A DNA stretch of 64,000 bases from Mobula hypostoma (lineage: Eukaryota). The notes below the pieces were generated by a model. That model worked only from the letters and a program-made list of their open reading frames with translations. It had not been told where the DNA came from and searched no databases. A program made the translations under genes and the position numbers. The stretch spans positions 19,034,001 through 19,098,000 of the forward strand of contig NC_086106.1 in the NCBI RefSeq assembly GCF_963921235.1, given 5' to 3'. This document shows positions 1 to 13,739 of the stretch, piece by piece. The first letter of the stretch is position 1; every line of letters starts with the position of its first letter.

Positions 1-250
1 ACTGAACTGTTCCTGCAATCTATGCTCTAGGTTTCAAGAACTCTTCATCTCATGTTCTTGATATTTATTGCTTATTTATTTATTATTCTTATTTTGTGGG
101 TTTCTTTTTTTCATTTAGTATTTGTACTTTGTTGTTTTTTGTTCATCGTTTGCTTGACTGGCATGGGTGTGGTTTTTCATTGACATGATTGTGTTTCTTT
201 GTATTTATTCTGACGCCTCAAGAAAATGAATCTCAGGATAGTATATGGTG
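1..250 (+). mobile_element. 3' tail remnant of a Rex1/Babar-type LINE
   Basis: T-rich tail resembling the reverse complement of the non-coding ends flanking the Rex1-like fragments at ~2.4, 18.5 and 29.3 kb; no coding part in window. Confidence 0.35.
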
Positions 251-1800
251 ACAACAAGGGAGAGTTTAAACTAGATTGGCAGGGGTGCAGGACACAAGAG
301 AGTGAAGTCAGTGAGTAGACAGGGGTATATTCAGCATCCAAAGAGTTTTCACACACAATCAGGATAGCCATGTTTACAGTGAAGTTTCAGATCAGACCAC
401 TGACTTACATTATATCTCGTTCTGTACACTTATCTTAACAGGTAGGATGGATGAAATGAGAGGACTGTGAATTGTTTCTAGTAACTAGAATATTGTGGCC
501 AGAACAGAAATGTGGTTGAGAGAGGAGCAGCCCAGTGTTCAGGGATACTGATGCTTTTGGCATGATGAAGGAACAGATAAGACTGGAGAGGGTGTTGTCC
601 TTTGATAACCGATGACATAACAGCCATACTTAGACTGAACATTCTTGAGGGATGATCTCAAGGAGCAGAGACGTGTGGAGAAATTACACATAATTGTGAA
701 AATAGTAGGGTAGTGCTCAAAGTAAATGTCAAATATCCTGGTGTCACCTGGGTCATCCAGAGTGCAAAGGGCCTGGATGGGGTGCAATTTGTGTGGGGTG
801 TCCAAGAACCTATTTGGAAGGAGTCCTACTGAACCTCCTCTTAGGCAAAACATGGGTCAGGTAACTGAACTGTAAACTGGGGAGTCCAGTGACCACAATT
901 CTAGAATCCTAGTTTTAAATTAATAATGGATAAAAGAGAGAACCATGGGATCTATCATTTTCCTATCAGATAAGTCCACATGGTAAAGTCCTTAACTGCA
1001 GCAAGGCTGACCCCATTTAAATAAAGACAAAGGGATAGTTGGCAAGTGGGAGATTTTAAAAGGGTGATATCAAGAGCCCAGATGGCAGCATGTTCCTGTC
1101 AGTGTGAATGGTAGACATACCCAATACCGGAAACCCTGGCTGACAAAAGATATCAATGCTCTAGTAAAAAAAAAGTAAGAGTACAATATGTTTAGGCAGC
1201 TGGGTGTGAATGAATCCCTTGATGAATGTAAAAAGTTTAAGACCAGGCTTAAGAGGGGAAACAAGAGGGCAAAAAGAGGCTAAGAGATAGATTTGGCAGG
1301 CAAAGTTGATACCAAGGGTCATCAGCTACCTTAACAGTAAAAGGTTGACTATGGAGAGACTGCATCCTTTGAAAGACCATCACGATTGCCTGTGTGTTTA
1401 ATAACGATAGGAAGCAGAGGGTGTCGTTTGAATATCGATTCTCTGACTGGAGGACTGTGACTCGTGACCAGGGATCAGTGTTGGTTCCTCTGATATTCAT
1501 GATTTGTGCAAATTATTTGGAATATGAATGAACAAGGCACAATTCAAGTTTGCTGATGATACTAAATGAGAGGGTCTTGTTGATAGTGAAGTAGGTTACC
1601 TTGATTTGCAAAAAGATCTTGATCTGTTTGAGGCAAGGGCTAAGGAATAGCAAATTAGATCAAAGTAAGGTGATGCATTTTCTGACAGTCAAACTGGGAA
1701 GATCTTGTACTGTACACTAAATAACAGGGAACTGATGAGTATTGTACAACAGAGGGACCTGCAAGTCCAAGTACACAGTTCACTGAAATCAGCCACACAG
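250..1800 (+). mobile_element. Degenerate CR1 LINE ORF2 fragments
   Basis: Frameshifted RT-like segment near 1440-1500 (SDWRTVT...QGSVL) and similarity to better-preserved CR1 copies in the window. Boundaries approximate. Confidence 0.55.
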
Positions 1801-2419
1801 GTTTAGATTTAGATTATGAGGACATGCAGTCCTCTTTTATTGTCATTTAGTAATGCATGCATTAAGAAATGATACAATTTGTTCCTCCAGAATGATATCA
1901 CAGAAACACAAGACAAACCAAGCCTAAAAAAACTGACAAAAACCACATAATTATAACATATAGTTACAACAGTGCAAGCAATACGGTAATTTCATAGAAG
2001 AACAGACCATGGGCATGGTAAAAAGACTCAAAGTCTCTCAAAAGTCCCATCATCTCACGCAGATGGTTGAAGGAAGAAAACTCTTCCTGCCATGAGCTTC
2101 CAGCGCCGCTAACTTGCCGATGCAGCATCCTGGAAGCACCCGACCACAGTCCGACTCCGAGTCCACCCAAAAACTTAAAGCCTCCGACCAGCACTCCGAC
2201 ACCGAGCACTGAGCACCATCTCTGCCGAGCACTTTGACCCCGGCCCCGGCAACAGGCAATAGGCAAATCCGAGGATTTGGGGCCTTCCCCTCCAGAGATA
2301 CTCAATCGCATAGTAGCAGCGGCAGTGAAGCAGGCATTTCAGAAGTTTCTCCAGATGTTCCTCCGTGCTTCTCACGGCTGTCTCCATCAAATCAGGATTG
2401 TGCATGGCATCCGAGTTCA

Positions 2420-3420
2420 AAGTTCAAAATAAATTTATTATCAAAGTACATACATATATGTCACAACTAACAGCCTAGGATTCATTTTCTTGCAGGCAAT
2501 CACTGTAAATACAAAAACAAAATATAATCCATGAAAGACTGCATCCAACAGGACAGATGAACAACCAATGTGCAAAAGACAACAAGTGTGCAAGTAAAAG
2601 AAATAATAAATTAAAAATGTAATAATAAATAAACAATAAATATTGAGAACATAAGAGTCCTTGAAAGTCAGTCCAACATTTGGAGAACAGTTCAGTGATG
2701 GGGCAAGAGAAGTTAAGTGAAGATATCCCTCTGATTCAAGAGTCTGATGGTTGAGTGTTAATAACTATTCCTGAACCTGGTGGTGTGGACCCTGAGGTTC
2801 CTACACGTCTTTTCTGAGAAGTGAACATTGTCTGGATGGTGTGGGTCCTCAGTGATGGAGGCTGCTTTCCTGTGACAGCACTCCTTGTATATGTGCTCAA
2901 TGGTAGGGAGGGCTTTACCCATAATGGACTGGGCTTTTCCATTCAACGGGATTGGTGTTTCCATACCAGGCCATAATGCAACCAGTCGATATACTCTCCA
3001 CCACGCAACTATAGACATTTGCAAACGTTTTCGATGTCATGCCAAATCTTTGCAAACTGGTGAGAAAGTAGAGGCACTATTGTGCTTTCTTCATAATGAC
3101 ACTTAGACTGAGGAATTTAAAGTTGCTGAACCTCTCCACCTCTGATCCCCTGATGAGGACTCTTGGACTTCTGGTTTCCTCCTCCTGAAGTCAAATCCTC
3201 GCCTTGACCTTGTTGACATGGAGTGATAGGTTGTTGTTGCACCACTCAGCTAGATTTTCAATCTCTCTCCTATATGTTGATTTGTCACCACACTTGATTC
3301 AGCCTATGACAGAGGTGTCATCAGCAAACATAAATATGGCATTGAAGTTATGCTGAGAATAAAGCGAGTAGAGCAGAGGGCTAAGCACACAACCTTGTGG
3401 TGTAACTCTGCTGATGGAGT
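2420..3420 (-). mobile_element. Rex1/Babar LINE 3' fragment
   Basis: ORF 2758..3024(-) ends KAASITEDPHHP...RVHTTRFRNSY, typical of the Rex1/Babar ORF C-terminus. Confidence 0.75.
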
Positions 3421-3424
3421 TTGT

Positions 3425-3860
3425 GAAGAGATGACAAGGTGGTGAAGAAGGTATTTACCATGCTGGCCTTCATCAGTCAGCGAGATTCTGTGCCAATTAT
3501 GTAAATCATCGATAAGGCCTCACTTGGAGTATTGTGTACAGTTTTGGTCACTCTGATATAGGAAAGACATTGTCAGGCTGGAAATGGTACAGAAGAGATG
3601 TACAAGGATGCTGCCTGGACTGGAGGGCCTGAGTTATAGGGTAAGGTAAGCCATACTGGTTCATTATTATCTGGAGCACAGGAGAATGTGGGACAACTCA
3701 GAAATTGGTAAAATCATGAGGGATATGGAATGGTGGATGGTCATAGGCTTTTCCTCAGGGTTGGGAGCCCAACACAGGAGGATACTAGTAGAAGATAAGA
3801 GGGCAGAGATTAAAAAGAGATCTGGGAGTTAACTTTTCACTGAGAGTAGTGAGTACCTGG
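3425..3860 (+). mobile_element. CR1 LINE 3' fragment
   Basis: AGGCCTCACTTGGAGTATTGTGTACAGTTTTGG encodes RPHLEYCVQFW, a conserved CR1 ORF2 C-terminal motif. Confidence 0.65.
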
Positions 3861-4424
3861 CAACATCAATGGACCTGACCTGCTGAGTTCCTCCAGCATT
3901 TTGTGTGTGTTGCTTATTGATTTGTCAGGATTGCAAGCAGGTTATATTCCTCCATTCCCTGAAAGCTTTGGAGCTTTTGACTTCCTCCTCAGGACTTGCT
4001 GGTGTACTGCAGACTTTCACAACATACCTGGACCGATCCTTCAATGTGCGTACGTGAACCCCTCACCACTTGGTGGCTGTGTACATCGTGTCTCTGTGTT
4101 CATTAGGCCGAAAATAACAGTTCACTGTTGCATGTTTTTCCAGTTAGCTTGAAATTGTTGTGAATAAAATTTTTTGAGGCACTCCAACACTGACTTTGCA
4201 ATGGTAATAGAGAGGGCAGGTAAGTGATCCAGAGAAACAGATTGCCCTTCTCCAAAGAAAAACATGAGCAATTTTGCAGACATCTGGGATCTCACTTCAC
4301 TAAAGGAGATCCAAAGATAACTAGCTCTGGTTCCAGCCCACTCTCTCTCCTCTTTGTACTGGTGATCTCTGTTCCACTCTTTCAGTTAAGGTGAAGAGCC
4401 ATCATCCAAAATGTTGATTACCCA

Positions 4425-5390
4425 TTTCCCTCAAAAACCTCAGATTCACTTGGACCATTTCTGACACCAACTTCCCCTTTCTTGGTCCATTTACAATTAC
4501 TACAAAATGACTAACTCCCATAACCACCAGAACGACACTTCTGATCAAATTCTTTCATGTACGGATGCCATTCCTTTCTCTCAGTTTTCTATCTCTACAG
4601 TATCTGTTCTTCAGGACATCTGAAATGTCATCTTTTCAGAAAGAGCGGCTTTCAGCTCACTCTCATGCTGTGGTTGAGAGACCCGACCCACATCTCCTCC
4701 ATTTCCAGCAGTTCTGCACTGAATCCATCTCCCTCAGACAGAACAGTGAGAGAGTTTCCTCACCTTTCATCCCACCAGGCTTCACCTCCAGCAATTCATT
4801 CTAAACATTTCCAACAGCTACAATGTGATCCCACCATCAATCACATCTTCCCCTCCCCACCTATTTGCTCTCCACGGGGACCACCCTCTCTGTGATTCAC
4901 TGGTTTGTTGACAACTCACCCTCCCCAGGCATTTCCCCTGCAATTGGTGATGGTGTAACACCTGTCCCTACACCTCCTCCCCACCATTCAATCACCGAAA
5001 CAGTCTTTCCAGTGAGGCTCAGGTTTCCATGCACCTCATCCATTGTTGACTATTGTATTCAGTGCTCTCAAGGTGACACAAGTGCCGACTAGGGAACCAC
5101 TTTAACAAATACCTGCACTCCAGACACAATGGCCATCGATAGCTCCCACTTGCAGCCATTTTAATTCCTCTCCCCATTGCCATACCAAGCCTTGGAATCA
5201 TTCAGTGCAACAGTGAGGCTAAAGCAAGCCAGAGGAATAGAATCTCATATTGCACTTGAGTTATCTACAATCCGATATCAAGAATATTGAAGTCTCCAAT
5301 TTCAGGTGAACTTCTCCTCCTCTGTCCCTTTTTCTCTCTCTTCCTGATCTACCCAGATCCTCTCATACACATCGTTCTTTCCAAACTCCC
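4425..5390 (+). mobile_element. Penelope-like retroelement fragment (RT C-terminus and GIY-YIG endonuclease), degenerate
   Basis: Frameshifted peptides DAIPFSQF, FRTSEMSSF, TINHIFPSPP, FPVRLRFPCTSSIVDYCIQCSQG match Penelope ORF motifs. Confidence 0.7.
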
Positions 5391-6849
5391 CAACCCTAAT
5401 GAGACCCCAGGGGAATTGTTTATTTCTGCCAAGTAAATTTTAAGGGAGATCAAGCAGCAGTGCCATGGTCTCTTGGTCATCGTGGAGAGTGGACGTTAGA
5501 GTGAGGTGGACTTTTTTCTGATACTGCACTTAGTTTTTAACCTTAAAATATCTAATTTCCACAGCTCTGGTGAAAAGCTTGTGATATTAGTTTGTTTCTC
5601 TGCACAGATACTGCCTGTCCTGTAATTTCAGTAGTTTTTATCTCTTATTTGCAACATGTGCAGTTAGTTGTCTTTCAGTGATGACTTCATTCTTCCTGTT
5701 GGAGTTCAGATGTTAATTTTGTCTGAAGCTGATTTGATTTGAACAATTTGTTACCCTGCAATAATAACTGCAACCACTAGGGGTCAAGAGGAACACTCCA
5801 GATATTCAGGATTCAGATAAACTGGCTGCTGTAATAGTAACCGACAGTCTCTGAGTGTCAGTGTAACAGTCAGGTACAGAGACACTGCTGGACGGTGTGG
5901 GTGAAACAGTGCACAGGAGGATTCCATTGTGCCAGAAGGGTCTGAGACTGCAGGAGCTCTTCAGATGAATTTGTCACATTGAAAGTGACAGACAGGGAAA
6001 TGACAGGGTTTTCATTCATCACTTAGTATCTCACTGATGGGACATTTTATACAATTCCTGCTTTCTCTCACTGTCCTTTTCTGTCAATGCATCATTACCT
6101 TGAAATAATTTGCATTTATATGGTATCTTCAATAGAGCTTTGATCTGAGCTCTTGTTCGTTGGACTCTGATTTTACCATTTTCCAATTGTGTTGACGATC
6201 GTTGACATCCATGAGTTGGCACATTTGGAGATGTACAGTATCTCGTCTACTCACTGACACTCCATTTCATTCCCTCCACTACTGATGTACAATGTATATT
6301 GCCTGTCCAGTGCTTCCAAGAGATTTTCCTTCTGATTTGCAACATCAGCAGGTTTTCTTTACTTCGGTAATTTCATTCTGTCTGTTGTAACCCAGATGCT
6401 CATGGACTGTCCTCATTCAGAGATTCAACAGCTTCTTCCCATCGATGTTGCTCAACCCACTGAGTTTCTCCAGTCGATTGCGTGCAGCTCCAGATCCCAG
6501 CATTTACAGACTCTTGTGTCTGGATTGAAGACAATCTGACTGGAAGCCTTTGTTACCTTGCAGTGATAAACTGAAACCACTAGGGGTCAGAGGAACACCT
6601 CCAAATATTCAGGCTTCAGTCAAACTGATTGTTGTAATACCGACCGACAGCCACTGGGTGTCAGTGTATCAGTCTGGCGGAGAGTGTGGAGGATGAGGGT
6701 AAAACAGTGCACAGGAGGATTCCAGACCATCAGGAGTTCCTGAGTCCGAAGGAGCTCTTCAGATGAATATGTCACATTGAAATATGTCTTTCTTTCGCAT
6801 CCTAAATGCACGATTGTTGGTAGGTTAATTGTTCGCGGTACATTGCACT

Positions 6850-9500
6850 TGCATTTGTAGAGTCAGAGAATCAAGGATCATGGAAACAGGCCCTTCGGCC
6901 CAACTCATCACTGTTGACCAAGATGCCCATCCAAGCTAGTCACATTGACAGCATTTTGTGGGAACTTTTCCTATCCATTTCCCTCTTGATTTTTGCATCT
7001 CTACAAAATCTTCACTCAGTCTCCTGCAAGCCAGAGTTTTCACCAGATCTGAGCTGGAAATTGCTAGAGATTTAATAATCAAGTACAGTAGAAGAAAGAC
7101 ATCCATCTCACTGTTACTTTGACTCCTCACAGCAACTGTGAATAAATTATATATTCTGCAATTTGTATATTCACTCCAATGAAAGTCCTAGTCTAGACAA
7201 CCTGTCCCTTTAACTCAGTCATGGCAACATCCTTGTAAATCTTTTCTGAACTCTTTCCAGATTAATAACATCTTTTCACCAGCAGGATGAATAAAAACTG
7301 AACAAAATACTCCAAATACAACCTCACCAGCACCTTGTACAATGCCATCATGTGCTCCCAATTTTTACACACAATACCAACAGTCTTCTCCACCACCCTG
7401 TCTACATGTGACTCCACTTTCAGTGACATATTGGAGCAGAATTAGGCCATTCAGCTGATTGGGCCTGATCCGCCATTTGATCATGGCTGATCCATTTCCC
7501 TCTAAACCCCATTCTCTTCCCTTCTCCCCATAATCTTTCACACCCTGACTTATCCAGAATTTATCAACCTCCATTTTAAACACACTCAGTGACCTGGCCT
7601 CCATAGCTGCTAAAGAAATTGTTCCTCATCTCTGTTTTAAATGGACATTCTTCTATTCTGAAGTTGTACCCTTTGGACCCAGGCTCCCCCACTGTGGGGA
7701 ACATCCTCTGCATATGCATTCTTATCTAGGCCTTTCAACATTCGATAGATATCAATCAGATCCTCCCCCTATTCTTCTAAATTCCACAGAGTACATTCCC
7801 AGAGCTATCAAATGCTCCTCATACGATAAACCTTTCAATCTAGGAGTCATTTTCATGAACCTCCTTTGAACTCTGTCCAATGTCAACACATCCTTACTTA
7901 GATAAGGGGCCCAAAGCTGCTCTCAACTCTCTGAGTGGGGCTACACCAATGCCTTATAAATCCCCAGAATTACATCCTTGTTTTTATATTCTAGTCGTCT
8001 GAAATGAATGGTAACATTGTATTTGCTTTCCTCACCACTGACCTACAATTTAAACTTTAGGGAATTCTGCACGAGAACTCCTAAGTCCCTTTGATGTCCC
8101 TTTGTATCTTGGATTTTTGAGTATTCTCCCCATTTAGAAAATAGTTTACACTTTTATTCCTTCTACCAAGGTGCATGACTATACACTTCCCTACAGTATT
8201 TTCCATCTGACATTTCTTTGTCCATTCACTAATCTAAATCCTTCTGCAGCCTACCTGCTTCCTCAACACTACCTGCCCCTCCACCTACATACCTTCATAT
8301 TGTCCGCAAACTTGACCAAAAAGCCATCAATTCTGTCATCCAAGTCATTGACACAATGTAAAAAAAAAGCAGTCCCAATACTGACCCCTGTGGAACACCA
8401 TTAGTCACTGGCAGCCAATCAGAAAAGGTTCCCTTTATTCCCACTCTTTGCCTCCTGCCAGTCAGCCAATGCTCTATCCATGCTAGTATCTTTCCTGTAA
8501 TACCATGGTTCTTATCTTGCTAAGCAGCCTCATGTGTGTCACCTTGTCAAAGGCCTTTTTAAAATTCAAGAACAGAATATCCACCGGCTCTCCTTTGTCT
8601 ATCCTGTTTGTTATTTCCTCAAAGAATTCCAATGGATTTGTCAGACAAGATTTCCTCTGAAGGAAACTATGCTGACTTGGCCATTTTATTACATGCCTCC
8701 AAGGACCTTGAAACATCATTCTCAACAACTGACTCCAATATCTTCCCAGCCACTCAGGCCAGGCTAACTGACCTATAATATTCTTTCTTTTGTCTCTTTC
8801 CTTTCTTGAAGAGTGAAGTGCCATTTGCAACTTTCCAGTCCTCTAGAACCATGCCAGAATCTAGTGATTCTTGAAAAATCATTGTTAATATCTTCACAAT
8901 CTCTTCACCTGCCTCTTTCAGAAATCCAGGGTGTAGTCCGTCTGGTCCAGGTGGCTCATTTACCTTCAGACCTTTCAGCTTCTCAAGAACCTTTTCCCTT
9001 ATGCCCCATGACACTCTCAAACCTCTGGCAAACTGCTAGTGTGTTCTACAGTGAAAACTGATGGAAAATATTTATACAGTTCATCCACCATTTCCTTATT
9101 TCCCATTACTACGTCTCCAGTGTTACATTCCAGCATTCTGCTATCTACTCTCGACTCACTTTCACACTTTCTATATCTGAAAAATCTTTTGGTATCCCCT
9201 TTGATACTATTGTGAGTTTACCTTCATATTTCACCTTTTCTCTCCCCTTACGGCTTTTTTAGTTGCCTTCTGTTGTTTTTTAAAGCATCCCAATCCTCTA
9301 ACTCGCCACTAGTTGTTGCTCTATTATAGGCCCTTTCTTTTGCTTTCAAGTTGGCTTTGACTTGCCTTGTCAGCCACGGAATGTCATCCTGCCTCCAGAA
9401 TACTTGCCATTGCTCCTCTGCCATCATCTCTGTTAGTGTCCCCTTCCATTCAACTTTGGCTAACTCCTCTCTTATGACTCTGTAATTCCCTTTACCCCAG
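6850..9500 (-). mobile_element. Degenerate CR1 LINE ORF2 (RT and 3' end)
   Basis: ORF 8483..8830(-) has KSCLTNPLEFFEEITNRIDKGEPVDILFLNFKKAFDKVTH; ORF 8754..9020(-) has PGPDGLHP...WKVAN. Confidence 0.8.
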
Positions 9501-9509
9501 TGTAACACT

Positions 9510-12500
9510 CCACTGGAGCTGGAGTTGGATGTATTCAGGATCATCCAGGAGGCTGAAGACATTATAGATGAGACTATTGAAGAGATGGTCACACCCAGAT
9601 TACAGGTTTCACACAGTAAATGGGTGACCACCAGGAGAGGTAAGGGGATTAAGCAGTCAGTGCAGGAGTCCCCTATGGCCAGTCCCCTCAGCAACGTATA
9701 CCTCTTTGGATGCTGCTGTGGGAGATGACCCATCAGGGCACAGCAGCAGCAGCCAGGCTAGTGGCACTGTGGTCGGCTCTGAGGCTCAGCGGGGAAGGGT
9801 AAATTCAGGCAGGACGGAAGTGATGAGGGATTTGACAGTTAAGGGGAGAGAGAGGGGATCTATTGCTGCAAAATTGACACCCGGGTGGTGTGTCCCCTCC
9901 GGATGCTAGGGTCCAGGATGTATCAGAGAGATGACAGGATGTTCCCAAAGGGGAATATGAACAGCTAGAGGTTATGATCCAAAAACATTGGCAAAAGTTA
10001 GTATGTAGGGTTCGGAAAGAGGCTGAAGAGAAGGACCTCCAAGATAGTAATCTCCGGATTACTAGTGTACGGACTAGTGCTGGTAGGAATGGGATGATAG
10101 CACAGATGAATGAGTAGTTGAGGGGGCAGGTGGTGCAGGGGTTAGGGTTTAAAGTTCTTGGATCATTGGGACCTTTTCTGGGGAAGGCTTGACCTGGATA
10201 AGAGACGAGTTCCACCTGGACTGGAGGGGAGTGAATATCCTGGCCAGGACGTTTGCTAATGCTACTTGGGAGAGTTTACAGTGTCTGGAAACCGAGAACC
10301 AGTTCAGTAACTGTAGTACTGGACCAGAGGTTAGATGTCAGGGGAAGTACTGATATGCAAAATCGAAATTACCCTGGTATGATGAGATGCACAGTTTGAA
10401 GTGTCTGTGTTTTACTGCGAGGAGTATTATCGGTAAAGTGGATGAACCTAGAGCATGGATCGGGACATGGAGCTATGATGTGGCCATTACAGAGACTTGG
10501 TTGAGAGAGGGGCAGGAATTGGTGATTAACGTACCAGGTTTTCAAAGTTTTAGAAAAGATAGGGAAGGATGTAAACGGGGGGGTGGATGCCACTAAGGGA
10601 CAATATCAGAGCTGCACTGAGGGGAAACATAATGGAGGGATCAGACACTGTGTCCATTTGGGTGGAACTCAAGAATAGGAAAGGAGCAATCACAAGACGG
10701 TGGAACAAGAGGAGGGTCTGTACTGGTCCTGGTGTTGGGTAATGAACCTGGCCAGGTGATCAACCTCTCAGTGGACGAGCAGTTAGTGAACAGTGACCAC
10801 AACTCCTTAACTTTCAGGATAGCGATAGATAACGACAGGTATGGTCATTGCAGGAGATTCTTAAATTGGATAAGGGCAAATTATGAGAGCATTAGGCAGG
10901 AACTAAGAAGTGTTATTCGGGAAAACCTTTGTTTCTGGCAAGTCCACATCAGACATGTGGACAGTGTTTAAAGATCAATTGAGGGTGTTTAAAGACCAAT
11001 TGCACAGAGTACAGTAAATGTATGTTCCTGTTAGAAGGAAAGGCAGAGATGGAAAGATAAGAGAACTTTGGATGTCATGAGAGGTGATGAATTTTGTCAA
11101 GAAGGGAAAAGCATGTAAAGGTTCAGAAGTTTGAATCAAAGGAAGCACCTGAGGAGTATAAAGAAACCAGAAATGAACAAAAGAAAGGAATTAGGAAAGC
11201 TAGGAGGGGCCATGAAAAGTCCTTGGGAAGTAGGATTAAGCTGAATGCCAAGGTATCCTGCACATACATCAAGAACAAGAGAATAACTATGGAGAAGGTA
11301 GGGCTACTCATGGATAAAGAGGGGAACATTTGCTTGGATGTGGAGAAGGTGATTGAGGTACTGAATGAATACTTTGCTTCAGTATTTCCAAGGAAAATGA
11401 CATTGAGGGCCAGAAGATCAGAGCTGAGTGTACAGATATGTTATGGAATTTAGAGATTAAGGAGAAGGAAGTGTTGTATCTACTAATGAGTGTTAAAGTG
11501 GATAAGTCCCCAGGGCCTGATGGGATTTACCCCAAGTTATTGAGGAAGATTGCTCGGCCCTTAACCAGTATCTTTGTTTCCTCTCTAGGCACAGGCAAGG
11601 TCCCTGATGACTGGCAATTAGCTAATGTTGTTCCTCTATTTAAGGAGGGAACAAAGGAAAATCCTAGCAACTATAGAACAGGGAGTCTTACATCAGTTGT
11701 AGGGAAATTACTGGAGAAAATTCTTAGGGATAGGATATATGAGCATTTGGAAACCCATGGCCTAACTAGGGAGTGCCAGCATGGCTTTGTGCAGGGCAGA
11801 TCGTGCCTTACCAAATTGATTGAGTTTTTTGACAAGGTGACAAGACTGACTAATCAAGGTAGAGCAGTAGATGCTGTGAGTTTTAGTAAGGCATCTGATA
11901 AAGTCTCTCCTGGGAGTCTAATCTAGAAGATTAGGATTCAGGGGGTCCATGGCAAATTGGATGTTTCAATTCCGAAGTAGCTTGAGCAGAGAAGACTGAG
12001 GGTATTGGTCAAAGGGACTTATTCAAGCTGGAGGTCTGTAATTGGTGGTGTTCCACAGGGAACTGTGCTGATACTTCCGTTGTTTGTGACGTACTGTGTA
12101 TAAATGACCTGGATGAAAATGTAGATGGGTGGGTTAGTAAGTTTTCAGATAGTGTCAAAACTCATGCAGTTGCGGATCGTGTAGAAGGCTGGCAAACAAT
12201 AGAGCACGATATAGATACGGGCAGAGAAATCACAGATGGAGCTTAACCCAGATAAAGGTGAGGTGTTGCAACTCGGTAAGGCAAATGCAAGGAGACAGTA
12301 CACTGTTAAGGGCAAGACCCTTACTAGTGTTGCTGAGCAGAGAGATTTTAGGGTCCAAGTTCATAGCTCCTTGAAAGCGGCGACACTGGTGGATAGGGTG
12401 GTTAAGAAGGCTTATGGAATGCTGGCTTTTATTAGTCAAGACATTGAGTTCAAAAGTCAAGGGGTTATGTTGCAATTTGATGAAATTCTGGTTAGGTCAC

Positions 12501-12890
12501 ATCTGGAGGATTGGACACATTTCTGGTCAGCCCACTACAGGAAGGATATTGAGGCTTTGGAGAGGGTGCAGAAGAGGTTTAACAGATTGCTGTCTGGTTT
12601 TGAGGGAATGCGCTATCATGAGAGGCTAAACAAACTTAGGTTGTTTTCTTTGGCGTGATGGAGGCTGAGGTTTACAAGATTATGAGAGATGTTTGGTGGC
12701 AGAGGCAAATACATTAGAGACTTTTACCAGACTTCTGGATAGGTACATGAATATGAGGAAAATGGATGGATATGGACATTGTGTAGGTAGGAGGGATTAG
12801 TTTTAGGGGATTTTTGATTTACTTTTTAGCTGGTTCAGCACAACATTGTGGGCTGAAGGGTCTGTTCCTATACTGTACTCTTCTGCGTTA
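9510..12890 (+). mobile_element. Long degenerate CR1 LINE (ORF1 remnant plus EN/RT ORF2)
   Basis: ORF1-like peptides at 9525-9909; endonuclease start YDVAITETWL (10387..10596); DKSPGPDGIYP and QHGFVQGRSCLTKLIEFFD (11438..11926); C-terminus 12236..12658. Confidence 0.8.
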
Positions 12891-13730
12891 TGATAAATCT
12901 GACTTTAGCTTCTCCCTTTCAAATTGCGCAGTGAATTCTATCATAATTTGATAACTGGCTCCTAAGGGTTCCTTTACCTTGAGCTCCCAAATCAAATCTG
13001 GTTCATCACACAACACACAATCCAGAATATTTGATCCCCTAGTGGGCTCAAACAGAAGCTGCTATAAAAATCCATCTCATAGGCATTCCACAAATTTTCT
13101 CTCTTAGAATCCAAATTCAGCAACAAACCTGATTTTCCTAATCTATGACTATCATAACTTTGCTCTTTTTACGTGTGATTTATATCTCCCATTGTAATTT
13201 GTAGCCTACATCCTGGCTGCTGTTCGGAAATCTGTATATAACTCCCTTCAGGATCTCTCTACCCTTGCAGTTCCTTAAATCTACCCACAATGGTTCTACA
13301 TCTCCCATGCCACCCCCTCTGCCTACTTACCTATCCTTTTGATACAATGTGTATCCTTAGATGTTAAGCTCCCAACTATAATCTTTTATCCAGAAATCTG
13401 AAACCCTGCCCCCTGTACCAGTTTCTCAACCATACTTTCATCTGCCAACTCATTCTATTTTTATCCTCGCAGGCATGTGGCACAGGCAGAAAACCAAAGA
13501 TTACTGCACTGGAAGTCTTGTATTCAGCTTTCTATTTGAACTCCAAGGTCCGTCTGTTCCACAACACCCTCCAGGACCCTATCATTCACTGTGGAAGTCC
13601 TACCTGGTTTAAATTAACAAAGTATTACACCTTGCACTTCCCTGAATAGAACTCCACTTACCACCCTTGAGTCCACTTATTCAGCTGAACAAGATTCCAC
13701 TATAATTTTCATAACCTTCACTCTTGACTT
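12890..13730 (-). mobile_element. CR1 endonuclease-region fragment
   Basis: Reverse complement resembles + strand CR1 endonuclease segments at ~15.0-15.7 kb and ~51.7-52.2 kb; no long ORF. Confidence 0.5.
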
Positions 13731-13739
13731 TACTGCTTA

